Assembly: GCA_965217865.1 (NCBI GenBank)
Contig: CBDCJO010000002.1
Location: 3,232,001-3,296,000 of the forward strand
Length of the DNA: 64,000 nucleotides
Direction of reading: 5' to 3'
From: Candidatus Latescibacterota bacterium
GTDB lineage: Bacteria; Latescibacterota; UBA2968; SICM01
Shown: positions 45,512 through 56,774 of the stretch, piece after piece
Position numbering within the stretch: position 1 is the first letter of the stretch
How the letters are laid out: each line of letters opens with the position of its first letter
Program-made: the position numbers and the translations under genes
Notes under the pieces: generated by a model
Seen by the model: only the letters and a program-made list of their open reading frames with translations
What the model was told of the DNA's origin: nothing
The model's database searches: none

Positions 45512-46267
45512 ATGAACTGCGCACTGTGCAAGGAGACAAGAGAATTGAATAAATCCCATATTATACCTGAATTCCTGTACAAACCGCTATACGACGAAAA
45601 ACACAGAGCCCATGTACTTTCAACGGCTCAGAGACATTCAGAACCTTACATACAAAAAGGTTATAGAGAAAAAATTCTCTGTCGATTTTGTGAAAATCAG
45701 TTCTCTGGTTACGAAAAATACGCAGCAGAGGAAGTTTTCGGTCATAAACTTAGAGAGATGCCAATGGTCTACGGGGACAAATTACAGAGGATTGGAGGGA
45801 TTGATTATAAACTCTTCAAGATTTTTCAATTGTCCATTTTATGGCGCGCTTCAGTATCTCAAGGTAGATTTTTTTCTCAGGTTAACCTTGGTCCGCATGA
45901 AGAGCGTGTGAGACGTCTTTTGCGATCAGGATATCCAGATATATCGGCCAAATATCCCTGCGTGATAATTTCAATTCATTCCGATGATCGTCTTATTAAA
46001 GACTTTATAGATTGTCCCGAACACATTCGAGTAAAAGGTCATCACATGTATCGGTTCTTTTTTGGAGGGTTTTTCTGGTTATATTTTATTTCGAGGCATG
46101 ACTTGCCACCATTTGTCAAAGATTTAGCAATTTCTGAAGAAGGAACGATGAAAGTGTATATCGGAAAGAAACTTGAAGACATTGAATATTTGACTAACTT
46201 CTCGGTTGAATTGAACAACAAAAACCGGTTGCCAACACCTACTGAATATCGCGGTAAGGATTCATGA
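45512..46267 (+). CDS. HNH-like Zn-binding protein
   Basis: CALC, SHIIP, LCRFCEN; GGAGG RBS. Confidence 0.7.
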   Translation: MNCALCKETRELNKSHIIPEFLYKPLYDEKHRAHVLSTAQRHSEPYIQKGYREKILCRFCENQFSGYEKYAAEEVFGHKLREMPMVYGDKLQRIGGIDYKLFKIFQLSILWRASVSQGRFFSQVNLGPHEERVRRLLRSGYPDISAKYPCVIISIHSDDRLIKDFIDCPEHIRVKGHHMYRFFFGGFFWLYFISRHDLPPFVKDLAISEEGTMKVYIGKKLEDIEYLTNFSVELNNKNRLPTPTEYRGKDS

Positions 46268-46870
46268 AAGTATTTGGACTTGGATACCCCTTCCTTTGGA
46301 AGGGGAGGAAAAGTTTAGCTTGCCGAAGGCAAGCTAAAAGGCTGTCTTATCGTGTGCAGACCACTGAGACTCATATCGACTCAGGAGGCATACGATGGGA
46401 CTCCGACGGACCAGTCACGCAGTCTATGATAGCCAGTATCCTCTGGTATGGGCACCGAAGTATCGGAAATGGATTTTGCGAGGTGACCTTCGAGAGTATG
46501 TGGGCAAGCTGTTTCATCGGATAGCAGAGGATTTTGGTTTTGACATCCAAGAGATGGAAGTGGCCGAAGATCATGTGCATATTTTCTTGTCGTTTCCTCC
46601 CCGGTATTCGATTTCTAAGGTAGTGGGCATTTTGAAGAGTATTTCGGGCAGCGGGGTCTTCCGAGAACATCCAGAGGTGAAACGGGAGTTATGGGGTGGA
46701 GAATTCTGGGAAGATGGTTATTTTGCCCGCACCGTAGGCGACAAGGTGACTTCTGAAGTGATTGAGCAATATATTCGGTATCATCGTCAAGAGCAGAAAG
46801 GGCCCCTACAGTTGGATCTGTTTGGGGATGGGAGTGGTTAATGCCCCGCCCTTTGGGCGGGGTGGTTTAC
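46266..46870 (+). mobile_element. tnpA: IS200/IS605-family element with tnpA only (46395-46841)
   Basis: DHVH HUH motif, EQYIR; terminal hairpins; follows TTCAT in both copies. Confidence 0.92.
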
Positions 46871-47354
46871 TTCGATTTTCCTGAAATCCAGACCATCACG
46901 AGAACATGGATGCAGGCTAATGAACAGGGAATCTTTATGGCCGCTGTTGTGTTAGCCCTAATGCTTGCGAGCTTTATTACGATGGGCGGCCAATAAACTT
47001 CAGAATTTCCCTTCCGATTAGCAAGATCACTATGCCGCCTCCCAATTCTCCAGGTAACGCGATCAAAGCGGCACCCCCCATTATTACCCCCCCGTCGGAA
47101 CGTCCAGGCCGGGAGCTGGGGCCTGACGCGGTGGTATGCCAACCAAATCCAGAGCCTCATCGAGACGCGGTCGGCGCTCGAGTTCGAGAGTCCAAGAGGC
47201 GCTCCAGATCATCGAGCGGATCGAACAAGACACTTGGGGCGTGAAACTCGTCGAAGTCGACGGGAGGCGCTTCGCGATCCTGCCGGAGAGCACCCCGGAA
47301 AATCCGCTCTTGACCATGGACGGACGGCCTACCGTCAGGCTATCGAGCGAGTGA

Positions 47355-48213
47355 GGGAGCCTGGTTAGGCGCCGTTGCCACCAGGCGAGGCGCTGGATGG
47401 TTCGGATGTCTGAGCTGGTTTCGGCGTTCCCGGACTTCCTCGTGTGCCTTCAGGATGCGATACATCGTGCTGAGTGAGCAGAAATACAGGCCTTCATCCA
47501 GCAACTCGGCCCAGACCTGAGGAGGGGCTTTATCCATAAACCGTTCGCAGTGCAACAGATCCAAGACAGTCTGCTGTTCGGGAGGGGCCAGGGCCCGATG
47601 CGACCTGTGCTTTACCCGTGTGGTGGGGGCCTGCCGCCAACGATACAGACTTGCCCGAGACACCGACAGCGCATCACAGGCAGGCGCCACCTCAACTTTG
47701 CGGGAGAGCTCCTCTGCGGCCTGTATCAACCGCTGTCGTCTTCGTCGAGCTGGCTCAGGGGGATCCCCAGGAGATCGGAGGCTTTTTTTGGATCTCCAGC
47801 ATCGCCTCCGCACGCTGTAAGCGCCGCTTCAGGCGGGCGTTTTCCCGCTCCAGTTGTTTGACCCTGGGATCTTCCGGCTTTGCCTTGGGACCTCGCTTCT
47901 TTTTGGCAAGGCCTTCCCTGGCGACTTGGTCTATCTGCCGCCGCCAGGTGGTCAGGTTTGAGGAATGCAGGCCTTCCCGTCTGAGAATCGCCCCAACCTC
48001 CTTGGGGGCCTTGTACTGATCGACTTCCCGGAGAATGTGCAGCTTGTATTCTGTCGTGAAACGGCGGCGCCTCGCCTTCTCCGAAACAGCCGGGTCCGGC
48101 ACCGAACCATCCGCTCCTGCCACCCCATCGGACAAACTCAGTGACTTCATCATCCAATCCGCCTCACCCTCTCCACTAAACTCAGCCGGGAAACTGTCTC
48201 ACTATTATAGACA
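47355..48213 (-). mobile_element. IS3-family element, truncated in orfB
   Basis: RRRFTTEYK orfA, A7G slippage site, orfB ends at ATAPNQ. Confidence 0.85.
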
Positions 48214-48219
48214 CGGAGG

Positions 48220-48328
48220 GGGAGATCGCCGAAGTATTGCGCGGGGTTTGAACGCAATCTGGAAGAGGCAGCAGCAGGCGCGGGAACGTCAGCGTGGGCC
48301 GGAGCGAGACTTTGGCCCCATCCGTTAG
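48220..48328 (+). pseudogene. Relaxase-like C-terminal tail
   Basis: QQARERQRGPERDFGPIR-stop pattern. Confidence 0.45.
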
Positions 48329-50963
48329 TTTTCCTCCGGTGGCTTTGTCCCGGGAGCGTGGGGAGAATGAGCACTCCCGATATAGCAAGGAGCATACTCG
48401 AACAGTGATCACAGATGGTGCCCAACTACTTAGCCAGGACGGTGCCGCGACTGTCACCGCTACGAACCTTCTCGAACGCCTCGACCTCGAACGTCTAGAC
48501 ATCTCCAATCGCCTAGCTGTCGATCCGAAGCGGCGGGCCGATCTCGGGCAATTCTTCACCCCGGCAAGTGTGGCCGCTTTCATGGCGTCCATGCTCAAGG
48601 CACCCAACCCCCCGAAGGAACTCCGCATCCTTGACCCCGGAGGGGGAAGCGGTGTCCTGATGTCCGCTGCCGTAGCTGAGATTTGTGCTCGTCCTAGGCA
48701 TATGCGGCCAGCCGTTTTACACGCAACGGTTTGGGAGATTGACGAGCTTCTCTCCCGGGATATAACCCGCACGTTTGAGCACTGTCTTAGCGTGTGCCGT
48801 GAAGTCGGCGTTGCGTTTACAGGAGAACTCCGCCAAGAAAACTTCATCTTAGACGCCACAGATTTCGTTGGTGATCGTGGACTCTTCGGTTCAGAGGATC
48901 GTCCACGCTTCCATGTGGCGATCATGAACCCGCCATACCGCAAGCTCCGTAGCGACAGTCCAGAGAGAGCATGCTTGCGTGCGGTCGGCATTGAAACAAG
49001 TAACTTATATTCGGCCTTTGTCTGGCTGGCGATCAAGCTTCTTGAAGAGGACGGAGAACTTGTGGCGATCACTCCTAGGAGCTTCATGAACGGGGCCTAC
49101 TTTGGCCCGTTCCGACAGGCACTCGCTCGCGGCTTCTCTTTCCGGCGCGTCCACGTTTACGATGCGCGCGGCGACGCTTTCTCAGGTGATGGCGTCCTCC
49201 AAGAGAACGTCATCTTTCATGGAGTTCGGGGACGATCCCCTGCGCCGATCAAGATCACAACATCCTTCGGACCGTCTGACAGCGGTCTCGTCGAGCGGAC
49301 GATCCACCCCACGGACCTAATTTACCCAGGCGATAGCAAGTTCGTCCTGCACGTGGTCCCGGACGAAACCGCTGCCCGAATCTCTCAGCAGATGAGGGCT
49401 CTCCCGAATACACTCGCCGAACTCGGGGTTTCCGTCTCTACGGGTCGAGTTGTAGGCTTCCGGGTCAAGGAGCGCTTGCACACTGAAGCCCGACCAGGAG
49501 ACGCCCCTTTGATCTTTCCCGGACGTATCCCTGACGGCTTCGTGTCCTGGCCAAACTCCTCCGGCCAGAAGCCAAACGGACTGGCCGTGAGTGGGCCTAA
49601 TGATGAGTTGTTGCTTCCCTCTGGTTGGTACGTTCTGATCAACCGTTTCAGCGCCAAGGAGGAAAATCGCCGCGTTGTCGCTGCGCTTTATGATCCTGCC
49701 CGCATCGCCGCTGCTGCCGTCGCTTTCGATAACAAGTTGAACGTCCTGCACCGCGATAACGGCGGCCTCCCCGAAGACTTAGCAAAGGGCCTTGCGGTTT
49801 TCCTCAATAGCACCACTGTTGACGCTTACTTCCGACAATTCAGCGGCCACACCCAAGTCAATGCTACCGATCTGCGCGCGTTGCGTTTTCCAGACGCCGA
49901 GGACATTGAACAACTAGGCAGGCGCATAAGCGACTCGATGCCGCTGCAGGACGAGATCGACAAGCTAATCAGAGAGGAGATTACCGCAATGAGGGAAGGG
50001 GACGACCCCGTAGAAGTCAAACGAAGGATCCAGGCTGCCTTGGGGGTTTTGAAATTCCTACAAGCACCCAGAGGGCAAACCAACGAACGCTCGGCGCTCA
50101 CACTCCTCGGGTTGCTCGATCTTGCTCCCTCGGCTCCATGGGCCACGTCGAGTGCCCCGCTCTGCGGCGTCACTGAGCTGATGGACTGGATGGCCGCGAA
50201 ATATGGACGAAAGTACGCGGCCAATACACGCGAGACAATCCGCCGATTTACGCTTCACCAGTTCATAGAGATGGGCCTCGTGCTACTCAATCCAGACGAC
50301 CCCGCGCGCCCGCCAAACAGCCCGAAGAATGTCTACCAAATCGAGCCCTCCGCCCTTGAGCTGCTGCGCTGCTTCGAGACTAACGCTTGGGATTCGAACT
50401 TGTCCGCTTATCTCGATTCGATGGCAGACAAGAACCGCCTTATTAAGAAAGCGCGGCAGATGGAGCGTATCCCTGTCACGCTTCCCGACGGCAAGCAGCT
50501 TGAGCTCACCCCCGGCGGTCAAAACGTGCTCGTCAAGGAGATCATCGAGCAATTTGCGCCACGCTTTGTCCCCGGCGGACACGTGGTCTATGTCGGCGAC
50601 GCAGGCGAGAAGCACCTTCTCTATGACATCGAGTACCTGAATGGTCTTGGCGTTGAGATCGACCCGCACGGCAAGATGCCGGACGCGGTAGTGCATTACA
50701 TCGAACGCAACTGGCTCATTCTCATCGAAGCTGTTACGTCGCACGGTCCGGTAAATGTACTGCGGCACAACCAGCTCAAGGACCTCTTCGCCGGTTCGAC
50801 GGCGGGCCTAGTGTTCGTAACGACATTCCTCGACCGCGCGGCAATGCGGGAGTACCTGCCCGAGATCGCTTGGGAGACCGAAGTCTGGGTGGCTGATGCG
50901 CCAGACCACCTCATCCACTTCAATGGAGAGCGGTTCCTCGGACCGTATGAAACCGCCGAATGA
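48294..50963 (+). CDS. Eco57I-type N6-MTase fused to BsuBI/PstI-family restriction endonuclease (true start probably later)
   Basis: LGQFFTP, LDPGGGSG, NPPY, GHTQVNATDL, then NTRETIRRFTLHQF, GKMPD, IEAVTSHGP, AWETEVW. Confidence 0.9.
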   Translation: MGRSETLAPSVSFPPVALSRERGENEHSRYSKEHTRTVITDGAQLLSQDGAATVTATNLLERLDLERLDISNRLAVDPKRRADLGQFFTPASVAAFMASMLKAPNPPKELRILDPGGGSGVLMSAAVAEICARPRHMRPAVLHATVWEIDELLSRDITRTFEHCLSVCREVGVAFTGELRQENFILDATDFVGDRGLFGSEDRPRFHVAIMNPPYRKLRSDSPERACLRAVGIETSNLYSAFVWLAIKLLEEDGELVAITPRSFMNGAYFGPFRQALARGFSFRRVHVYDARGDAFSGDGVLQENVIFHGVRGRSPAPIKITTSFGPSDSGLVERTIHPTDLIYPGDSKFVLHVVPDETAARISQQMRALPNTLAELGVSVSTGRVVGFRVKERLHTEARPGDAPLIFPGRIPDGFVSWPNSSGQKPNGLAVSGPNDELLLPSGWYVLINRFSAKEENRRVVAALYDPARIAAAAVAFDNKLNVLHRDNGGLPEDLAKGLAVFLNSTTVDAYFRQFSGHTQVNATDLRALRFPDAEDIEQLGRRISDSMPLQDEIDKLIREEITAMREGDDPVEVKRRIQAALGVLKFLQAPRGQTNERSALTLLGLLDLAPSAPWATSSAPLCGVTELMDWMAAKYGRKYAANTRETIRRFTLHQFIEMGLVLLNPDDPARPPNSPKNVYQIEPSALELLRCFETNAWDSNLSAYLDSMADKNRLIKKARQMERIPVTLPDGKQLELTPGGQNVLVKEIIEQFAPRFVPGGHVVYVGDAGEKHLLYDIEYLNGLGVEIDPHGKMPDAVVHYIERNWLILIEAVTSHGPVNVLRHNQLKDLFAGSTAGLVFVTTFLDRAAMREYLPEIAWETEVWVADAPDHLIHFNGERFLGPYETAE

Positions 50964-51001
50964 GTTTCACGCCGATCAGGGGCACATGGGGAGAATAAGT
51001 C

Positions 51002-51040
51002 ATGCAGCGTAAACGAGACAGCTTACTGCCCATCGAAGAT
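51002..51040 (+). pseudogene. repA start fragment
   Basis: MQRKRDSLLPI with the same upstream CATGG-GAGAATAA leader as 52762. Confidence 0.65.
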
Positions 51041-51076
51041 AGACCCTAAAAAACCCCGTTTGGAGCATTAAAATAA

Positions 51077-52687
51077 GTGCCCTTTACGTTTTCTGTTCCC
51101 AGCCTAAACGGCCAAACCGAAATCAGTATAGAGCCTGGATCTTCCGTGGTTTTTGTGGGTGCTAATGGCGGGGGAAAAACCAGACTCGCCGTGTATATGG
51201 AATCCGTATTAGCCCTGAACGCGCACCGTATTTCTGCGCATCGGGCGCTTACGCTCAATCCGGGCATCTCCAAAATCAGTGAACGGGCCGCTCTATCCGG
51301 CCTGAGGACCGGATATCCCGACGAAAAGTCCACATTGGACTACCGAGAAGGTTACCGATGGCATAGTAACGAGGCCACTTGGCTACTTAACGACTTCGAC
51401 TTCCTAGTACAGGCCCTCTTCGCCGATCAGATGATCATATCTCTGAAGACGCATCAAAGAAACCGTAACGGCGATCATAGTGTCGCCGATCCTACAAAGT
51501 TTGAGAGTCTCGTCACAATCTGGGAACGCTTGCTGCCAGATCGTCAACTCCATATTTCAGGGGACAACATCCAGGCCTCCGTTTGCGGATCGGAAGAGTA
51601 CTACACGGCTTCCGATATGAGCGACGGCGAACGCGCGATTTTCTACATGATAAGTCAGACTCTCACCGCCGCCTCAAATTCGATCCTCATATTCGACGAG
51701 CCAGAACTCCATGTGCACAGCTCGATCATTGCCAAGGTTTGGGACGAGTTGGAGGCTGCCCGACAAGACTGTGCTTTCGTGTTCATCACCCACGACCTGG
51801 GATTTGCTGCCTCTCGCGTGGCCCAGAAGTTCATCATCCGTGACTTCGATCCTTCCCCTCACTGGACCATCGAAAAGGTTCCGGAAAACACCGGGTTTGA
51901 CGAAGAAATCACAACTCTTATACTCGGCAGCCGACGGCCAATTCTCTTTGTTGAGGGTGATGAGAATAGTCTTGATCAAGCAATCTATCGATGCAGCTAT
52001 CCTGACTGGACTGTTATTCCGAGAGGATCTTGCCGGGACGTCATCCACTCCGTTGTAACGATGAGGAAAAATCAGGAGCTCACCCGCGTAACCTGTTCGG
52101 GCATCGTAGACGCTGACGACCGTCAAGCCGATGAGATTGCCCAGCTGGCCAGTCTCGGTATTGCCGTCTTGCCAGTCCCGGAGATCGAGAACGTCATCCT
52201 TCTGCCGCCGGTCAGTCGAGCCCTCGCCATGAGCAATGGCTATAGGGACGACGCTCTCGAAACCAAATTGAATGAGTTGAAGGCAGATGTTTTTGCAACT
52301 CTGAATTCAGCCGAAGCGATCGACGCTGTGGTAACGCGGTATTGCCGTCGGCGGATCGACCGATTCCTAAAACAAATCGACCTTAAAGAAGCCACCAACG
52401 TTTCCAACATCACGGACGAATACGATCGCCAGATAGCTGCACTCAACATTCCAGCTATTGCCCAACAAGCTAAAACTCGCATTGAAGAGGCCATTCGTGA
52501 CAACGACCTTCCAAAACTTCTGGCCAACTACGACAACAAAGGCTTGCTGCAACTGGCGGCCAAACATCTGAAGAGTTTAAAGCTGGCAGATTTTAAGGGT
52601 TGGCTTACCAGGGTCTTAAGGAATAACACTGAGACCTCACTGGTCACGGCCATTGACAACTTCCTCCCAAAAATTGAGCCTCAATGA
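51077..52687 (+). CDS. ABC-ATPase fused to TOPRIM/DUF4435-like domain
   Basis: GANGGGKT, SDGER, DEPE, THD, FVEGD, VDAD, EIEN. Confidence 0.85.
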   Translation: MPFTFSVPSLNGQTEISIEPGSSVVFVGANGGGKTRLAVYMESVLALNAHRISAHRALTLNPGISKISERAALSGLRTGYPDEKSTLDYREGYRWHSNEATWLLNDFDFLVQALFADQMIISLKTHQRNRNGDHSVADPTKFESLVTIWERLLPDRQLHISGDNIQASVCGSEEYYTASDMSDGERAIFYMISQTLTAASNSILIFDEPELHVHSSIIAKVWDELEAARQDCAFVFITHDLGFAASRVAQKFIIRDFDPSPHWTIEKVPENTGFDEEITTLILGSRRPILFVEGDENSLDQAIYRCSYPDWTVIPRGSCRDVIHSVVTMRKNQELTRVTCSGIVDADDRQADEIAQLASLGIAVLPVPEIENVILLPPVSRALAMSNGYRDDALETKLNELKADVFATLNSAEAIDAVVTRYCRRRIDRFLKQIDLKEATNVSNITDEYDRQIAALNIPAIAQQAKTRIEEAIRDNDLPKLLANYDNKGLLQLAAKHLKSLKLADFKGWLTRVLRNNTETSLVTAIDNFLPKIEPQ

Positions 52688-52761
52688 CCGGGGCGGCATG
52701 GACTTGTAAACCTTTCTCACGTGGCTCCCTGTCTTGTCTGAGGAACATGGGAGAATAAACC

Positions 52762-53045
52762 ATGCAGCGTAAGCGCGGCGAGTTGGTTCTGATCGGCGAG
52801 GTCGTCTCCGGCCTGGATGACGTGCCGGCGATCCACGACGACTCGCCCCAGGCGCGGCACCACTTCACCCAGGCCGATCAAGTGCATCAGTTGGTGACGG
52901 CCAGCGAAGCGGACGCTGATCTCGGCTTCATGGCGCGGATGATGGCGCTGTGCTCGTTGCCCCGCTACTAACCCCGGCGATCGGATTCAGTACACAAGCG
53001 CGTCAACGGTCCTTACACGCTCTACATGACGGCAGGCGGCGGCCA
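52762..53045 (+). pseudogene. repA: repA N-terminal fragment with frameshifts
   Basis: HHFTQADQV...LGFMARMMALCSLPR, paralog of 29850-30367. Confidence 0.85.
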
Positions 53046-53049
53046 GGCC

Positions 53050-53440
53050 GCGCTGCCGGACCAGTTCCTCGAACCGGATCGCCAGGGCCGTCAGTCTCGA
53101 TATGCGAGGTATATTCCCCGGCTCGACATTCCGGTCCTGATCCGTGTGGCGGCAGCCGTTGTTCCGGCCGTTTCCGGGCTGGAACGTGAAGGACACTTCC
53201 AGGGGTCCGGGTCCGGCCCGGGTCGCATCGGATGCGCGACCGCTCATCGCATGACCTCCTGACGGTTGAGACCCGCCTTCCGGCACAGCGCCTCGATGCC
53301 GGGTGGGCGAAAGGTGACGGTCACCGTGCCGTCCCGTCCGTCGTAGCCGACCCGCTCGATGAGCAGCCGGAGGCTCCGGACCTGCTCCCTCGGGGCCAGC
53401 GCCGTCCAGACCGGGTCGAAGACCTCCAGGGCCTGATGTT
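53050..53440 (-). pseudogene. Large serine recombinase module fragments (N-terminal piece also at 54765-54865)
   Basis: LLIERVGYDG C-terminus; LDAQRE...YDDGGFTGGN. Confidence 0.7.
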
Positions 53441-53553
53441 CTGCGCGATCCCTGCCTCTTACCCTCGTGACCACCCAAGCCTGCCGCGGAGGCGCGCGCA
53501 CCCAGGAGGCGCTCGAGACCGCGGTGGTTACCGCCCGGCGTGGAATCCATCTC

Positions 53554-54291
53554 TCAATCGTGAACAACCTTATGAGCGACGACTATCATCTGACGACTAC
53601 CTCGACGGTAAGGTTCACGGTTCAGCGAACCATAGACGTTCTCCACCTTGAGACCCAGCGAAGAAAGCAGGTTTCGCATCTGTGACAACGTGTAGAGGCG
53701 TTGAGATGATCTGCTTTCGTACTCTGCAATGCCGTCAACCACACATTGCCCAATGAGACGCTCTTCACGAGGATCCCACTTCGATTGAGCAAGCACACCA
53801 TGCCTGACGCCTACAGGACGGAAATTCCGAAGTATCCGCTCGCGATTCAGTTGGTCGATCAGAAGTCGTCCTCCTAGACGCAATGCCCGGGAGAATCGCC
53901 TCACCACGTCAATATTCTCGCCGTCAGAGAAGTATCCAAAGCTGTTGAACCAGTTGTATATAGCGTGAAATTCGTTCTCAAAATCGATAGAACGCAAGTC
54001 CATGCTCCTGAGATCGGCTTGCACGCCCTTTCTTCTGAATCTCCGTTTGGCCCGCTTTACGAAGGTCGATCGCAGGTCAATGCCGACTACTTCTACCCCT
54101 TGCCTCGCCAGATGGTAAGCGACACGTCCCGCACCACAAGGAGCATCCAGGACACGTTGTCCACTTCGGATATGTAAGATCCGTCGGAGAGAATCTGCTT
54201 CATTCTCTCCTCCTTCATCCGGGCGAAGCCATAAGCTGTCATGTAGGGTGTTGAACCACTCACTCTTGTCGTATTTAGCCTGTTTATTCAT
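53554..54291 (-). CDS. Class I SAM methyltransferase, cassette-like
   Basis: VLDAPCGAGR, NSFGYFSD; AAACGTTATCT R' box just before ATG. Confidence 0.85.
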   Translation of the reverse strand: MNKQAKYDKSEWFNTLHDSLWLRPDEGGENEADSLRRILHIRSGQRVLDAPCGAGRVAYHLARQGVEVVGIDLRSTFVKRAKRRFRRKGVQADLRSMDLRSIDFENEFHAIYNWFNSFGYFSDGENIDVVRRFSRALRLGGRLLIDQLNRERILRNFRPVGVRHGVLAQSKWDPREERLIGQCVVDGIAEYESRSSQRLYTLSQMRNLLSSLGLKVENVYGSLNREPYRRGSRQMIVVAHKVVHD

Positions 54292-54864
54292 GTCAGATAA
54301 CGTTTCCACGGTTTGCGACCCCGAACTCTTTTTGACCAATGTTATCAGGAGGAAGCCAAACGGATTGCAGACAAGATCGACATGCATTTCACACCCTAGC
54401 GCGGCAGTTGGCTCAACATCACCTGCAGTTGCCGCAGCTCATCGAGGGCAGCGAAAGCGTCTGCATCGCCGAACGGCAAGCCGCGACTCAACAGGTCGCT
54501 GATCTCTTCAGTGATCGAAAAGTCGAAAGCTCCCCTGCCTTCAACCTCGTCCCGCACAACCCGCAGCTTCCGGCATACGAGGATACCCGTGTCATGCTGT
54601 GTGCTAGGTCCTGCATGCGTGTGATGGTCGCCTCGTTCTTTGCGGCTTCCCTTGCCTGATCAAGGGCAACCTCCATCCATTCAAAATCAGATTTTCCATT
54701 CAATTCGATTGATTGTTGAAGAAAAAATATATAGTATTCCCGATTGGGGGTCAAAATGTTCCCGCCGGTGAAGCCGCCGTCGTCGTAGCGTCCGGCAAGG
54801 CAGCCCCAGCCCTCCTGCCGCTGGCTGGCGATGCAGGCCTCAGCCGATTCCCGTTGGGCGTCCA

Positions 54865-55160
54865 GGAGGTGTCTCCAGTGTTCTGTCGGAAAGTCGAAGA
54901 AGGTGAGCATTCGATCCCAGTCTCGATCAAGGGCTTTAACTGCCTTCGGGAACTGGCTTTGGTATCGTGCGATGAACTTCTTGCGGAGCTTCCCGGCATC
55001 TGTAAGGGTGTTGGCGTAGGGGATCTGAACGAGCAACGCCCGAGCCTGGACCTGTTGGCGCTTATGGATCTGGTTGACCACGTTGAGGACCTTGTGGTTC
55101 CAGCACCGCTGCTGCCGGGTCTGTGGCCAGACCTGATTGACCGCGGACCAAAGACGATGA
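54865..55160 (-). mobile_element. IS256 internal fragment, diverged paralog of the neighbouring element
   Basis: WSAVNQVWP.TRQQRCWNHK shared with 55373-56641. Confidence 0.85.
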
Positions 55161-55256
55161 CCACATGTGGGCGGCTGGAGACCATTATCGGTTTCCTGTA
55201 TCAGAGCCAACTCTGCAACCAAACAGACCAACCTTTAGCCGCTTAACAACAACGTC

Positions 55257-56733
55257 GTGTAACAACCGGTTGCCACTGCGGCGCGTGCACGGAGCTACAT
55301 TCGAAAGGTGTGGAAAAAGAGAGAAGGCGACCCTAAACTTCCCGTGAGATAGAAATATCCACAAGATGCCGGGTGATTGGCCCGGTGGGAAGGAGGATCG
55401 CCGTGAAGAAACATACGTCAGACACACCGTGTTTGTCCATCCCTACTTGGGAGACCCTGGAAGGGTGGATTCGAGATGAGATCGAGGTTCGCATCCAGTC
55501 GATTGCCGAGGAGGAAGTGACCCAGTTCCTGGGACGGGGGTGGTATGAGCGTAAAGGAACTGTCGATGCGGCCCCCGGTTATCGCAACGGCTACGGGAAG
55601 CTGCGCCGATTGTCGACCTCTTGTGGCACGATAAAGATCAAGCGGCCCCGTGTTCGTGGATTGAAGGAGCGCTTCGAGAGCCGGATCCTGCCCTTGTTCG
55701 CGCGTCGCACAAAAGAGGTGGGAGAACTGCTCCCAGAACTTTATCTGCACGGTCTGGCTCAAGGCGACTTCGAGCTGGCCTTGCGGGGTCTGCCCGGAGA
55801 TGGAGCGCCGCTGTCTTCATCGTCGATTGCCCGACTCCGCGGCCAATGGGAAACCGACTACCAGACCTGGCAGGAACGACGCCTGGATGATCGCGAGCTG
55901 GTCTACGCCTGGGCAGACGGCATCTATGTCAAAGCCGGCCTGGAGAAGGATAAGGCGTGCTTGCTGGTCATCATCGGCGCAATGAGCGATGGCCGCAAAG
56001 AGGTTCTCGCCCTGGTGTCCGGCTACCGAGAGTCCACCGAGTCCTGGCTGGAGGTCCTCAGAAACCTGCGCGATCGTGGCCTGAGCCCCCCTGTCCTCGT
56101 CGTCGCCGACGGCAATATGGGCATCTGGTCCGCAGTCAATCAGGTCTGGCCACACACCCGGCAGCAGCGGTGCTGGAACCACAAAATCCTCAACGTAGTC
56201 AACCAGATCCATAAACGCCAACAGGCCCAAGCCCGGGCGTTGCTCGTTCAGATCCCCTACGCCTACACCCTTCGGGATGCCGAGAAGATCCGCAGGCAGT
56301 TCATCGCACGATATCAAGACCCGTTCCCGAAGGCAGTCAAGACCCTTGATCGAGACTGGGATCGTATACTTACCCTCTTCGACTTCCCAAAACCACACTG
56401 GAGGCACCTGAGAACCACCAATGCCGTCGAAAGCCCGTTTGCCTCCGTCCGCCTCAGAACCAACGCGGCCAAGCGATACAAGAAGGTCGCTGCGGCAAGT
56501 GCTCTGATCTGGCGCACGCTGATGGTCGCTGAGAAACGCTTCCGACGACTTGATGCACCCCATCTGATGCCGGATGTCTACGCACAGCACCACCGTAAAA
56601 AAAAGATCACTATCGACTCGGGAGAGAAGCTGGCCGCCTGACCTTTTTACACACCTCTTGACGAGAGCTCCGTGCACGCCTTGGCCTTCGGCAACCCGCT
56701 ACGCGGGTTCGGCAACCGGGAAGACGATACGAC
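55257..56733 (+). other. Degenerate attC split by IS256
   Basis: GTGTAAC, CCGGTTGCC/GGCAACCGG stem, AACCCGCT/GCGGGTTC as in attC5; R' lacks TT. Confidence 0.65.
55292..56670 (+). mobile_element. IS256-family element, complete (transposase 55403-56641)
   Basis: GAGCT... imperfect IRs, 8 bp duplication CGTGCACG, WADG, VADG, RTTNAVES. Confidence 0.93.
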
Positions 56734-56774
56734 AGAACATTTAGTTCCTATTTTTACTTTTTGATTCTTTGTTT

